A stretch of DNA of 64,000 nt from Eledone cirrhosa (Eukaryota): positions 93,062,001 through 93,126,000 of the forward strand of contig OZ024740.1 in NCBI GenBank assembly GCA_964016885.1, read 5' to 3'. A program made the position numbers and the translations under genes. Positions 48,110 through 61,930 of the stretch are shown here, piece after piece. Under the pieces are notes generated by a model. The model was not told the DNA's origin. It ran no database searches and was given only the letters and a program-made list of their open reading frames with translations. Every line of letters begins with the position of its first letter. The stretch's first letter is position 1.

Positions 48110-50635
48110 CGCAGCCCATTTCTGGGTGAGACTGGCTACCCTGGTCGTCACCTCGTCTTAATTATTTTCCACTTGGAAGTCTGGTCCGAACCAAACCTCG
48201 AGCAACTTTACCGGTCCGTCCAACGCCCAACGACGCTGTTGGATGGCATGGACATGCTTCTCCAGTTGCCAAGTTGCAAGCCCACCGACTTTTCCGGGTT
48301 AAGTTTTGCTCCCATCAACCTTTCATATTCCTCCAATAAGTTGCCGACCACTTCAATTTCTTAGGTGTCCGACACCATCACGCTGATGTCGTCTGCATAA
48401 TGCCACAGCCTTTCCGCGTCCTTGTTCGAGCGGGATGCCCTGCAACAGCTCCAGCTTCCGCAGTAAAAGGTTCGAGAGTTAATACGTACTGAATGGAGGA
48501 GAGAGGACACCGTTGACGGACCGATCGGGATATCTGAAACGGTTTCGAGCGGTGGCCACCGAGCAGGTGCCGCTGTGCATTGCAGCGATCCAGCTTCTGA
48601 AGACGGGTTCGAAGCCATGCGCCTTGAGGAAAGCCTCTAGGTACTTATGGTCGCCCCTATCGAATGCTTTCGATTGATCTAAATTGATCAAGGACTTAAG
48701 TCCGCCACCGTCTCTGACCCACCACTTTCCCCGAACATCCGAGCAAAACATTGGCGAAGGCCTGACAAATCCGCCTGGAATCGCTCAGCTCTTGGCCGTC
48801 CCGGTCCGTCAAAGACCGAATCGTGGTTTTATTACCACTCTACGCTTGCTACCCGGGCCCATCGAAGACTTTTGGTTCCCTCGTTTCTCAGAGCAAGCGC
48901 CTTAGCTTTGACAATGCAACCTTCTTGTTTCGCATTGAAGAAATGATCTAATGCTATTCTCACTGCTAGCACGTCAGTTGCAAAGCCACTACAAATAGCA
49001 TCGTCTAACTTATATACCAGCTCCACCTGCTTTCTAATTGTCTCTAATGCTACTTATTTGCTAAACCCTACCGACATTACTTTAATCTCTATTTTGAGAG
49101 CCCCCCCCCCCCCACCATCTATTGTTGAAGACTCCCCCTGTCAAATGTTGCTTAACTAAATTGTTGACCCGGGCCCTGTAAGCCTTAGGGGCCGGAAACG
49201 AAATGTTCAGCTTCCAGTAACCAGGTCCTTACCTACGCGTCTTATCAAGGTCGACCATACAGATCACACATTTGTGATCTCAATAGGCGACCGGATGTAA
49301 TTGTGGACACCCTATACTATCCTTATCCACTAATCTAATTAGACACATATCTCAGTACGATCTAGTTGTCCCTAAACGATTTGCCCAGGTCCACACTGGC
49401 GCATTAGGGAAATCTAGTCGGTACCTCTCATACTGTTTGAATTGGCTGATCAGCTACTAGAGGCTTTTGACAGCCCCCCACCGCCGCTCCTATGGGATAC
49501 TCCCACACAGCCCCAGCGTACATCTAAGATGCCGTTCCAGCTCCCCGTTAACGGTAAAGGGCGTGACGTAGTCAGAAACACTTCCGGCCATTCTAACCCG
49601 GTGAGACGTAGACGGCCACCAGTCTAAAGGCACCATCTCCGCTATTGTTCACGGCCAGGATCACCAATTTACCGTCCGGGTCCCGGATGATCGACTTTAA
49701 CTCGAGATCCAGGCTTTTCCTAAACAGCACTGCCAACCTATCTCCCATTTCCGGCCGACTAACAGATGTTAAGATCTGCTAGTCGTCGACGATATGGGCT
49801 AGTGTACGCGTGCCGGAAGTCCTGGTCTCGCTGACGGCAATTACATCCACTTCTAGAGACCTGAGGTCGTTAAGCATGTGACCCTGCTTCCAGGGCGATC
49901 CCAGGCTTCACAAATTTAAACAACCTCCTCTTAATATGGCTATGTTGGCAGGCTAAAAGAGAGAGGAAAGGTTGACTTATCTCCCGGGCTCTTGCGAAGG
50001 TCGGTAGTTTTGACCTCCATAGTTAGTGAAGTTTAAAAGCATACTTGAAGCTTTTACACAGGGTGTTCTCACGTCGTTGAGGAAACCCTCCCTTATTGTT
50101 TTATAATTGCTTAGTGCCATTCACACAAGCAAAAGTATTTGGGGGCACATTGAAGGTGCATGTCTTAAACGCCTCCCCCTCTTTCTCTATATCCTTACTT
50201 CGTGTCATGAAATTCAGTTGTTTTGTGTTCCATTTCCTCACAAACACGAAGTTAGGTGTTGTTGTGGTTGTAAGTTGTTGCTGTGTGTGTTTTCTTTTAG
50301 TTGTTTGTGTTAGCGGTATCGTTGTTGGTGGAGATGGTGATGTGTTGACGGTTGTCTTTTTGCGGGGGTGGGTGTTGTAGTATGTGTGTCTGTGTTCGGT
50401 GCGTATGTGTCTGTTTTGTTTGCCGTTTGTGTTGGTGTGTGAGATTTCTTCTTGTGTTTTCCTTTTTGTTTTTTTGGCTTTTGATGTTCCTCCTCATCTT
50501 CGCTTAGTGATGAACAGGTTTCTGTGTTTGTGGCAGATGTAAGGGGCAGTGCGTGTATGTGTGTGTGTGTTCGAGTGGGAGGTGTTGGAGAGCTTTTTTC
50601 GAGTGGTCCCTGGGTGATCTTCGTTGTCTTTGCCT
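48110..50635 (-). mobile_element. Decayed L1/Tx1-type LINE, copy A (APE-RT ORF2 ~48110-49945 with internal deletion; ORF1 remnant upstream)
   Basis: LINLDQSKAFDR, YADDIS and GPGYWKLN-like motifs. Collinear with copy B. Confidence 0.85.
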
Positions 50636-50638
50636 GCC

Positions 50639-53600
50639 CTAGAGGTCTGGCCTGAACAAGGCCCCGATCAACATTATCGGTCCGTCCTTCCAGTGCTCCA
50701 CGACACTGTTGGAAGGCACTGCCTTTCCTCTACAAGTGCCGAGCTGTAAGCCCACCGACTTTTCCAGGTTAAATTTCGCTCCTGTCGACCTTTCATATTT
50801 CTTCAATAAGGTGCCGACCACCTCGATTTCCGAGGTTTCGGACACCATCATGATGATGCCGTCCCCATAAGCCGACACAGTGTTTCCGCGTCCCGGTTCG
50901 AGCGGAATGACCTGCAACAAATCCAGCTTCCGCAGCAAAGGCTCGATTGCCAATACGTAGAGAAGGGCAGAGAGAGGGCACCCATGACGGACCGATCCGG
51001 AGACCCGAAACGGTTCCGAGAGATGGCCATTAAGCTTGACCACATAGCAGATGGCGCTCTGATTGCAGCGATCCAGATTCTTAAGACAGGGCGGAAGGCA
51101 GCTGCTTTGAGGAAAGCCTCCAGATATCGATGGTCGAGCCTATCGAATGCTTTCGATTGATCTAAATTGAATTGATCAGTTCCCCACCGAAACCAGGTTT
51201 ACACCCTACACTCTCAATGATGTATCGCATGAAGTGGAGGTTGTCATGTATGGAAGTTTGAGCCCCCCCAACCAAATCCTTACGACAAGCGCCAATCGTT
51301 TTGCTAACAACTTGGCCAAAGAATTAAACTTTGTGTTGAGGAGAGTTATGGACCTGACGTTGTCTAACGTATCCCACTTGTTCTCATCTTTCCTTATCTC
51401 CATCACTATTCCCTTACTCACAGAACTGGGAATACTTCTATTTTGCTACCAGTTTCTGTAGAGCACATCGAGGAAATCGGAGAAGAAGTCTGGCATTTTT
51501 GCATAAAGCACGTAGGGCATCCCATCCAAAGAAGATGACTTTCGCCTCATGCAGTCGCCAAGGGCGTCCTGAATTTCGGCTGAAATAATCGGCCTTTCGC
51601 AGCGCTCAGCGTCGATCGTCGAGATGCGCGGGATGCCGTCAAGGTAGGGATTGAAATCCGCTACTGTCTCTGACCCGCCACAATCCTCTAACAACCGAGC
51701 AAAGTGCTGGCGAAAGGTCTCACCAATCCGCTTGGAATCGCTTATCTAGTGTCCGTCTCGGTCCGCCAAAGACCGGATTCTGATTTGTTTACCACGTTGC
51801 GCCCATGCCACGAACATCGAACAGCTTTGGTTCCTTCGTTTCTTTGATCTCACAATGTAACCTTCGTGTTTCGCATTGAAGACCTGGTCTAATGCTAGCA
51901 CGTCCGATGAAATGCCACTATAAATAGCCCCATGTAATTTATCAACCGGATCTCCCTCTTTTCTATTTCTCTCTAACGCTACCTTTTGCAAAACCCTATC
52001 CAAGTTACTCTAATCTCAATTTTGAGAGCCCCCTCACACACACACACCACTACCAACTGTTATTGACCTCCCCCCCCCGCCAAGATTTGCTTAACTAAAT
52101 TGTTGACCCTGTCCCTGTAATCCTTACGTGCCGGAAATGACATTATCATCTTCCAGTAACCAGGTCCTAACCTATGCGTTTCATTTAGGCCGACTATACA
52201 GATCCCAAAATTGTGATCTAAATAGGCGACCGTTTTAAAAAGAGGGCAGCCTACACTATTTATATATATTCTCCTAATGAAGATCCTGCCTATAAACGAT
52301 CTAGATGACCCTATACTGTTCGTCCACGTCCGCACTGGCACATTGGGAAAATCTAGTCGATACCTGTCAGACAGTTGGAACTAGCTGATTAGGTGTTTGT
52401 GGCTTTTGAACACCCCGCTCCTATCAGCTACTCCCACACAATCCCAGCGTGCGTCTAAGATGCCGTTCCAGTGTCCCGCTAACAGAAAAGTACAAGACGT
52501 ACCCAGAAAGGTTTCCAGGAGCCTAAATATGTCCGGTCGTCAGGTCCTAGTAGGCGCGTAAACGGCCAGAAGTCTAAAGGCACCACCTTCTCTATGCTCA
52601 TATCCAGGACTACCAACCTATCATCGAGGACCTGGAAGATCGACGTTACCTAGAGATCCAGACCGTTCGTAAACAGCAATTCCACCCCACCTCCCATTCC
52701 CGGCCTGCTAATAGATGCGAAGATCTGATTGTCGTCGAAATTTGGATCTAGTGCGCGCGTGTCTGAAATCATGTTCTCGCTGACGGCAATTAAATCTATT
52801 TCCAGAGATTTGTGGTCGTAGAGCAGGGGACCCTGCTTCCAGAGTGACCCCAGGCCGCGAACATTTAAACTTCCTACTCTTAATATGGCCATGTTGGCAA
52901 GCTAAAAGAGAGAGGGAAGGTTTACTCGCCTCCGGGGGTCTTGTGAAGGTCAGGTGGTCGACCTCCATGGTTGGTGGTGTTTCTGTTGGCAACCCCTTTA
53001 AAAGTCTCGATGTGGGTTTCAATATCGGTGTTCCCACGTCTTGAGGAAAGCTCTCTCGAATTTCTTTGTAGGAATCGAGTGACATTCACACCAGAAGCAA
53101 ATGTTCTGGCACGCAAAATGTGTTCAATTCAAAGATCCACCCCCTCTGTTTGGATGTCCTCGCTTTGTGCTAAGAGGGCTATCAATTTATCGTTGGCCCT
53201 TCTGACAAGCACGAAGTTTTTAATGTTTTGTTGATGATGTTTTATTCGTTTTCGTTTTGGTGACAGTGGTGTGATGGTTTTGGTGGTGTTGTTTATGGTT
53301 TGTCTGTGTTGTAGGTATGGTGTCTGCAATTTTAGGTGTCTGTGTGTTTAATTGTTCTTGTGTTTGTTTAGGTTGTTTGCGTTTCGGGGATTGTGTGGGT
53401 GGTGTTGATGGTATTGGGGAGGTGTTTGCGTTAGTGGTATCTGTATTATTTTGTGTGTATGCGTTTGTGTTTTGTTGGGGCTATTTTTTGTGAGCTTTCT
53501 CTTTTGTTTTTAGCGCTTTTGGATTTTCCTCCATATTCACTGCTGAAAGACAAAGGGTCTGTCGCTGTGAGTGTATCTGTATCTGTGTGTGCATTTATTG

Positions 53601-53760
53601 TTTTGTCTGGTGTTGGTGGTGGGGGGGATGTAATTTTAAGATAGTACTGCTACTATCATAGAAGAGAACGTTGTGATGGTAACTCTTGTGTTTTGCCTTC
53701 ACATTCAGCGGAATGGACGACAGGCATGTCTATAGTAGTAGTAGTGGTGTGAGATCTACA
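50639..53760 (-). mobile_element. Decayed L1/Tx1-type LINE, copy B (ORF2 from 52892; ORF1 remnant upstream)
   Basis: LRVGSLNVRGL (APE start), GPGYWK, RSITLLNT, SVRHGCPLSALLY, AYGDGI, FNLEKS. Many frameshifts. Confidence 0.88.
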
Positions 53761-54039
53761 GTTCCTCTTTTTGAACTTTTGACCTGTACTTTGTTTACCG
53801 TTTCAAGGTCGAAAATTTCCATATAATTTTTTTGGTGAGGAAGCGATTTTTTTCTAAGTTTTTAAAAATAAATCTGAATATTTGGGATTAAAGCCTCCCT
53901 CTTAGAACAAAGGTGTGTACCTTATGTCTCGTTATCGACAAGAAAATACAAACATTGATACTTTAAAACAGCTTAAAGTTACGAACCTTTTCCCCCGCAG
54001 ACATGTACATCTTCATACATGTACGTCCAATAATAATAA

Positions 54040-54518
54040 TCTATAGTATAATAAAGTAAGAAGCGCAGGTGTGCGTACGGTTTATAATTGTATTATCTAC
54101 TTAGTAAAATGATTGGATTACTTTGAATACATAATGAATCAATATTATATAATCCATCTACTAAATTTCGTGGCTGTTCATTAAATATATTTTATTACTT
54201 ATTTAAAGATTCACTTCTTTAAAATTTTCAAATATCAACACTTCCGTTTAGCGATCGTTTAAATAAATATTCATATATTTATGTCACTAATTTTCTCCTA
54301 ATGCACTTTATATATAATATCGTCTTTTTTTAATGTATCATAGGATACGGTACTGATTACATAAGACAGTGTAACGCAGTCTTCGTTAAATTTCTGTGTA
54401 TATTGTCAATTACGATTTTATTTGATCATATCTACACGTATACATACTTGCGTATAATATCAATATAAACACTACACATTCTATCAGAAAACCACTCCAA
54501 CGGTGGTTTTTCTGCTAG
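54040..54518 (+). mobile_element. Non-autonomous Helitron (~479 bp)
   Basis: 5' TC, subterminal hairpin CAGAAAACCAC-tccaacg-GTGGTTTTTCTG, 3' CTAG, inserted between A and T in an (AAT)n run with no TSD. Confidence 0.8.
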
Positions 54519-54585
54519 TAATAATAATTGTTTCTCCTTTTGGCACAAGGGCAGCAATTATCCCAGTGTGTTATTGGTACTTTAA
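54519..54585 (-). mobile_element. SINE 3'-end fragment whose (AAT)n tail hosts the Helitron
   Basis: AATTGTTTCTCCTTTTGGCACAAGGGCAGCAATTATCCCAGTG...GGTACT matches the SINE family. Confidence 0.7.
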
Positions 54586-54839
54586 GAAATGACGATATGA
54601 AATTTGCTGAGGAGAGGGGCGGTAGAAGTAACGCTAGACAAGACTATAAATGAAGAAGCTACAAAAGATATAAATAGACTGACTCAATGACCCGTTTAAA
54701 ATGAAATGTTGTACATCTCAACATTAACAGTAGAAGTCTTCACCGCTATCCGGCAAAAGCCCTAGCACCACCGACATAGCCAACAACAACAAAGGCAACT
54801 TCAACAATGGCCACAAGTATACCATCAAAATAATAATAA

Positions 54840-56960
54840 TTTCCTTATTAGCCACACAGGGCTCACATTAAGGAATCATTCATAATAATAAAAATTATAA
54901 AAACCTGAGACCAAGAAATATCGGGATGGCGGCGCGCGGGGAATAGCCGTGTCTTGAGGGAAGGACGACCCTTCTAGTCTTGGTTGACACTATTCCTAGG
55001 AGTGGTAACTCAAAATGATTACACCTAGATGGTTAGGGATACAATTCAACAAAATATATCTAGTGTGAAATGATAATAACTCATTCCGGAGCTGCCGTCA
55101 TCCGGGTCAAAATGGGCCGCGTCCGTCAGAGAAGAACCAAACTGGGGTCACAAAATTAGCTAATGGTTCAAACCTCCCCATCAATTCGTAGCTGGAGACC
55201 TCCCGTAACCGGAATACTCCTATTGATGGTCCTCCATACTCGCCACCAAGACATCCAAAGAGAAAGAGAGAAAAATAGTCAAGAGAAGACAATAAAGAAA
55301 CCCTTGAGGCTCTTTACACTGCCATATACTACCCATCAAATAGATCTAATACAGAACGCACATATATCAACTGGAAAACGAAACATCCTGAAAACAGAGA
55401 TTATATCGACAGTACCAAACTAACTGATATACGAAGAAACATTGTTAAGAAGAAATTACTAACTGACATAGAAATTGATCGGACCTAGCAATTAGCGCAA
55501 AGTCATCGAAGGGGAAATGAAACATGTGTTAGTGAAAACAAAGTAAATTGTTCCACCTTAAATCCCTTGGTCGGGATGGAATCACTGACAGCTGAACAAA
55601 TTAAAGAGAGGATCCCAAAAGTGGAAGGCGTCCATTTACAAGATTAAACTAAAAATGAAAGCATTGAACAGATCATCATTGATAAAGAAATGAATGCATA
55701 TGAACTCACCAACAGGAAGAATGAAATATTGATTGAATGGATGAACATGAATGAATCAGACATGGTGGAACAAAACAACATCCCTAAGATCCAGAACTCG
55801 AAACAAAGGCATAAGATAATACGCAAGACTCGCATAGCTCTCAAAGACATTATCCCCACAAATAAACTAAACATTACTGCTCTAGATCATCTTTACTATA
55901 CATTGGCTAAAGTCACCACTCACTTATATGGAGTGAAAATGAAGACAGAAACAATGTAATACCAACAAAAGACCTACTTGGCAAGAGAACATCAGTCGCC
56001 AAATAAACCTTCTTCGATCTGACTTAAACATTTTAGCAAACTACAATTTACGTGAAATTTACCGTAAACAAATTTAACCCAGAAAATTGAAAAGGCGCTT
56101 AGATTGTTTAAGGGTAATAATATGTTCAAATACAAGCAAAGAAACGTCTGCAGAAAAATTGGCAAGTCAACAATAACTGCTTAATCAATACCACCCAAAG
56201 AGGACGTATGAGAATATGGAAACATAACTCGGCCGAAGAAAAAGTTCATAATATACATTCCCCATGGATATACAGAAAAATGAAAGATACAGCTCATCTG
56301 GAGGAACAAACATGCGAAAATATAATAGTTGAACATCTGCGTTCAGCTCTTAGAAAATGCAGCAAATTGAAATCCCCAGTTAAAGACAAAATACCAAATT
56401 TTTGGATAAATGTCTTCACAGAATCTGGTGAGCTGTGAGCCCAAAATTACAATGAAATAGTTAAGGATTCAGAAAAAGATACCATCAGGGATAGTTAACG
56501 GCATTACATTTTTATTTCTGAAGAATGATGAGACAAATAATCCAAAACATTACATACCGATAACTTCCTTGACCACAATGTATAAAATGCTAACATTAAT
56601 CGTAACTCAATATACATATGATCACCTGATAACAAATGATATATTTCGCAATGAACATAATGGATGCAAACGAGGCTCATATTGACTGTAAGAATTAGCT
56701 TTCGATTAACACAATGATACTGGAAGATTGTCATAATAGACACAAAATTCTATCAAGTGTTTAGATAGATTACACAAAATCATTCAATAGTTTGACACAC
56801 ATTTGGATAAAAAATTGTTTAGAGATTTTTAAATTATCTTCCGTTGTCAGAAGATTCCTGTCATTCAGTACGAAAACATGGAAAACAACATTCCTTTTGA
56901 ACAGTAAAAAAAATCACTGGAAGCTGGAGAAGTTAATATTAACTGTGGAATGTTTCAGGG
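54840..56960 (+). mobile_element. R4/Dong-type LINE family 1, copy 1 (5' part, ends within the RT)
   Basis: KSPVKDKIPNFW. Collinear with 56961-58800. Begins after (TAA)n. Confidence 0.8.
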
Positions 56961-59900
56961 TGGAGACCTCCCATAACCGGAATACTCCTGCTGGTGTCCA
57001 TCCATGCTTACCAACAAGAAACTCAAAGCAGAAGAGAGAAAAATGGTCAAGGGAAGACAATAAATAAGTCTTTGAGGCTTTCTAAACTGCCATGTATTAC
57101 GCATCAAATAGATCGAATACAGAACTGACATATATCAACTGGAAAAAGAAACATCCCGAAAACAGAGGCTATATTGACAGTAACAAACTAGCCAATATAC
57201 GAAAAAATAGTGTTAAGAAAATGTTACTAACTGATATAGAAATTGATCAGATCAAGCAATTAGCACAAAGTGAGCGAAGGGAAAATGAAATATGTGTCAG
57301 TGAAAACTAGGTAAGTTGTAACACTTCGAATCCCAGGGTTAGGGCGGAATCACTGACAGCAGAACAAATTAAAGAAAGGATCGAAAAAGTTTAAGGAGTG
57401 CATGCTCAAGATGATACTCAAAATGAAAACAATGAGATCGTAAATGATAAAGAAATGAATGAGAATGAACTCGCCAACTTGAAGAATGAAATTATGATAG
57501 AATGGGTGAAATGGGGGAACGAGACACTCTCCCTAAAATCCAGAACGCCAAACAGAACGAAAGGATAATACACGATACAAACATAATTATCAAAAACAGT
57601 ATCATCACAAACAAACTAAACATTACCGATCTAAATTATCTCTATTATGCATCGGCTAAAGTCAGCACTCCTTTATGTGGAGTGAAAATGAAAAAACAAA
57701 GGAATTCCCACAAGAAAGCTACTTGGCAAGAGAACATGAATCGCCAAATAAACTTTCTCCGATCTGACAGAAATGTTAACAAACTACAAAGTAGGTGAAC
57801 TTGTTAAACAAACTAAACTTAGAAAATTGAAAAGAAAGTACAGTATAAAATCAACAAGTGACATAGACATGCTAATAGAAACAATCAAGCAAAAAGTGTC
57901 GGCCAAAGCTCTCTCGTATAAGGCGCTCTGAAAAATGATCTAGATTATAATTATATAAGGACAATCAGATGTTCAAAAACAACCAAAGAAACTTCTACAG
58001 AAAAATAGGCGAATCGACAATAACTGCTAAATCAATACTAGCCAAGGAGGAAGTGCAAAATATCTGATGCGAAGAAAAAGTTCATAATATACATGCCCCA
58101 TGGATAGACAGACAAATGAAAAATACAGCTCACATTGAGGAACAAACATGGGAAAATATAACAGCTGAACAGTTACGTTTAGCTCTTAGAAAAACCACCA
58201 AATGGAAATCCCCAGGAAAAGACAAAATACCAAATTTTTGGATAAATGCCTTCACAGAGTCTCATGAGTTGTTAGCCCAAATTTACAATAAAATGGTTAA
58301 GAGACCAGAACAGATAACATCATGGCTAGTTAAGGGCATTACATTCCTACTTCCTAAGAATGATGAGACAAAAAATCCCCCAAATTACAGACCGATTCTT
58401 TGCTTGACCACAATGTATAACATTTTGACATCAATCCTAACTGAATATACATATGATCACCTGATAATAGAATGATCTATTTCCCAATGAGCAAAACGGG
58501 TGTAAACGAGGTTCATATGGCTGTAAAGAACAGCTTTGGGTTAACAAAATGATACTGGAAGATTGTCATTATAGACACAAAAATCTATCAATTGCTTGGA
58601 TAGATTACACAAAAAGATTCGATAGTTTTTCACACAGTTGGATTGAAACATGTTTAGAGATTTTCAAAATATCTCCCGTTGTCAGGTGGTTCCTGTCATT
58701 CAGTATGAAGACATACAAAACGACTCCCCTTTTGAATAGTGAAAACAAATCACTGGAAGCTGGAGAAGTTAATATTAATTGTGGATTGTTTCAGTGTGAC
58801 TCTTTATCACCGCTTTTTTTCTGCATCGCACTTATAGCATGAAGTAAAATCCTCAATGAAAACAATATGGATATAAAGTCTATGACAAAACCACTAATCA
58901 CTTGTTCTACATGGATGACCTGAAACTATTTGCAAAGAATGATAAGCAATTGCAAGGGCTATTATCCACTGTTAAGCAGTTCAGTGATGATATTAAAATG
59001 GAGTTTGGTCTAGATAAATGCACCAAAGCCACGTTCACCAGAGGAAAGATGCTGAGAAGTTCACACATTAATCTTGATCGGTGGAATGTGATAAGAGAAC
59101 TTGATCGAGAAGAAATTTACAAATATCTAGGTGTGTGTGTAGGAGACGGAATCAAACATTCGACAATGAGGTAAAGGATAAGGAAGGAATGTTACCGCAG
59201 AGTAAGAGCAATCTTAAGAACGGAATTGAATGCAAGGAATAGGATCGATGCCATAAACACGCTTGCCATACCAGTAGTAAGTTACAGTTACATTGTTATC
59301 AACTGGTCACGCACAGAGATCCGTAGTCTCGATACAGACATTCGAAAATTCTTAACCATGCACAGAATGCATCACTCTAAGGCAGATACAGATAGAATAT
59401 ATCTCCCTAGGAAAGAAGGAGGACGTGGGTTAATCCAGTTAGCCATTGCGTTGAAAACTGCAACAATTGGATTATATACATATCTAAGGGAATCACATTA
59501 TTGGATGATCAAACTCGTTTTGAAACACGAAAGCATCAAAAGATCATACTCCATTACAAATGATGCACAAAGATACAGTAATGGACTATACATTTCAGAA
59601 GTCCCATTTACTGCTGAAATGGAAAACACAGAAAAAGCAAAGCAGGTAAAAGTAACTGCAAAGAAAGAACTGCTACAGAAACTGGCTAAGAAATGACAAC
59701 AAAAGCCTCTGTATGGAAAATACCCAGAACGAGCTAACAATCCTGATATTGACACAACTTTAACCCATCAGTGGTTAGCATCCTCTGGACTGAAATCGGA
59801 GACTGAAGGACTGATTATATCAGCACAAGATCAATGTCTGCCAACAAAAAATTACCAAGCCAACATAATAAAAAATGGATGCAGCCCATTATGCCGTGTA

Positions 59901-60452
59901 TGTACAAAACAACCAGAGACCATTGACCATATAATTTCAATGTACAGTCCTATAGCTCCAACCGAATACCTAAACAGGCATGACAGAGCTGCACAATACA
60001 TACATTGGATAATGTGTAAGCATTTTGACCTGCGCCATCAAAAGAATTGGTCGGAGTATCAACCATCTCCCATACTTGAAAAAGATCACATCTCAATCTT
60101 GTCGATCTTTAGCATCCAAACAGACCGAAGAATAGATGCAAATAGACCTGATATAATATTGAAGGACTTTAAAAAGAGGGTATGCCTGCTAATTGATATG
60201 TCCGTTCCAATAGACAAGAATGTATCTATAAAAACATTTGAAAAATTGAGCAAGTATAAGGACCTGGAGATAGACATTGGAAAAATGTGGAAATTGAGAA
60301 CTAAAACAATACCAGTGGTTGTAGGCGCTCTAGGAATGATACCTAAGGGGTCTAATGATTACTTATCGCAAATCCCGGGAAACCCGCGTATAGGAGAAAT
60401 ACAAAAGTTAGTACTAATGGGAACTGCCCATATACTAAGGAAGACACTGTCC
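56961..60452 (+). mobile_element. R4/Dong-type LINE family 1, copy 2 (RT, CCHC, restriction-like endonuclease), decayed
   Basis: WKSPGKD, NYRPILCL, WIDY..FDS, QCDSLSP, FYMDDLKL, LPRKEGGRGL, RHD, NRPDII...LIDMSVP...EKLSKY. Confidence 0.92.
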
Positions 60453-61900
60453 GTATTTTCAGCAGTGATATATGTATGCAATTTGGTATTAGTAAGTGTG
60501 GAGTCATTGTTGATGAGGAGTGGTAGGTTGAGCAGAATAACGGAGTCCATATACCAACAGGTGAGATGATAAAGGAAATTGACTCTGAGGAAGGATACAA
60601 GTATTTGAGCGTTCTGGAGGCTGATGGCATAAAGAACAAAAAAATGAAGGAATTGTTAAGAACTGAATACATTCGGAGAGTAAGGAGCGTATTGAAGTCA
60701 CATCTGAACAGCAGAAATGCCATAAGCGCAGTAAATTCCCAAGCTGTGTCTATTATTAGGTACAGTGCGGGAATTCTGAGATGGAATGTTGCTGAACAAA
60801 AAGAAATGGATAGGAAGACTAGGAAGCTATTGACTATCTACAACATGTTCCACAAGAGGAGTGATGTCGATAGACTCTACTTAAGGAGATCTGAGGGTGG
60901 AAGAGGTCTTATCAGCATAGAGGACTGTGTTCAGATGGAGAAAAACAACCTACACAAATACGTGACTGATAGTAAGGAGCCAATGCTCAAAACTGTACTG
61001 AAGGAGGGGACAATGGGCCAGGGGATGTCCAAGGAGGAAATAAGATCAAGGAGAAAGAGCAGCCTTCAGGAAAATTCCCTTTATAGTACTTTCTTTGAGA
61101 AAACTGAATTTAGAGAACCACAGACATGGAACTGGTTGAAAAGAGGAGACCTTAAAAAGGCTACAGAAGGAATGTTAATGGCTGCGCAGGAGCAGGCCCT
61201 CAAAACGAAGTGGTTGAAACACCATATTTACAAGGAGGAGGCTAGCCCACTGTGCAGGCTCTGTGGATAGTGAGAGGAGACTGTGGCTCACATTGTATCC
61301 GAGTGTAAACACCTAGCCCAGACCCACTACAATGGCTGGAGACATGATGTGATGGGCAAGGTGATCCACTGGCACCTATGCAAAGTAAACAATTTACCAT
61401 ATTCTGAGAAATGGTATGAGCATAAGCCAGAGGCGGTGATAGAGAACGATCAGGTGAAGGTGCTATGGGATTTTAGGATACAGACGGACAAGAAACTGGA
61501 ACACAATAGACCTGACCTGGTGGTTGTGGACAAAGAAAAAAGATCGTGCCTGATTGTGGATGTCGCCTGCCCATTCGACACGCGAGTGCAAGAGAAGGAG
61601 AGGGAGAAAATTAACCGATACCGGAACTTAAAGTGGGAGGTAAAAAGGATTTGGAACTGCTATGAAGTCAAAGTGATCCCGATTGTCATAGGCGCACTAG
61701 GGACTATCTCAGAAAGTTTCCAGGGATGGTTAAAGAAAATCGGCCCCTTCACGCTTTTTGGAACGCTTCAAAAGGCATGCTTGCTGGGAACAGCAAGAAC
61801 GCTCCGATACGTCCTGAATATCTGAGGCTGCAGGTAGTGGCTTGATATTCATTCCAACAAACTTTCCAGTTAATTAACATCAATGACAGAGACTCAAGGA
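60443..61900 (+). mobile_element. R4/Dong-type LINE family 2, 3' portion fused to the preceding element
   Basis: YKYL, EGGRGL, CRLCG...HIVSEC, RHD, NRPDLVV...DVACPFD...EK. Ends in (TAA)n. Nearly identical to 63602-64000. Confidence 0.92.
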
Positions 61901-61930
61901 GTAATAACAAATATAATAATAATAATAATA

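Noticed and set aside
54925-55040. HDV-like ribozyme at the LINE 5' end (GGAATAG/CTATTCC pairing)
   Set aside because: A P1-like helix is present, but I could not assign P1.1, P2 or the catalytic C by eye. Needs a descriptor search.
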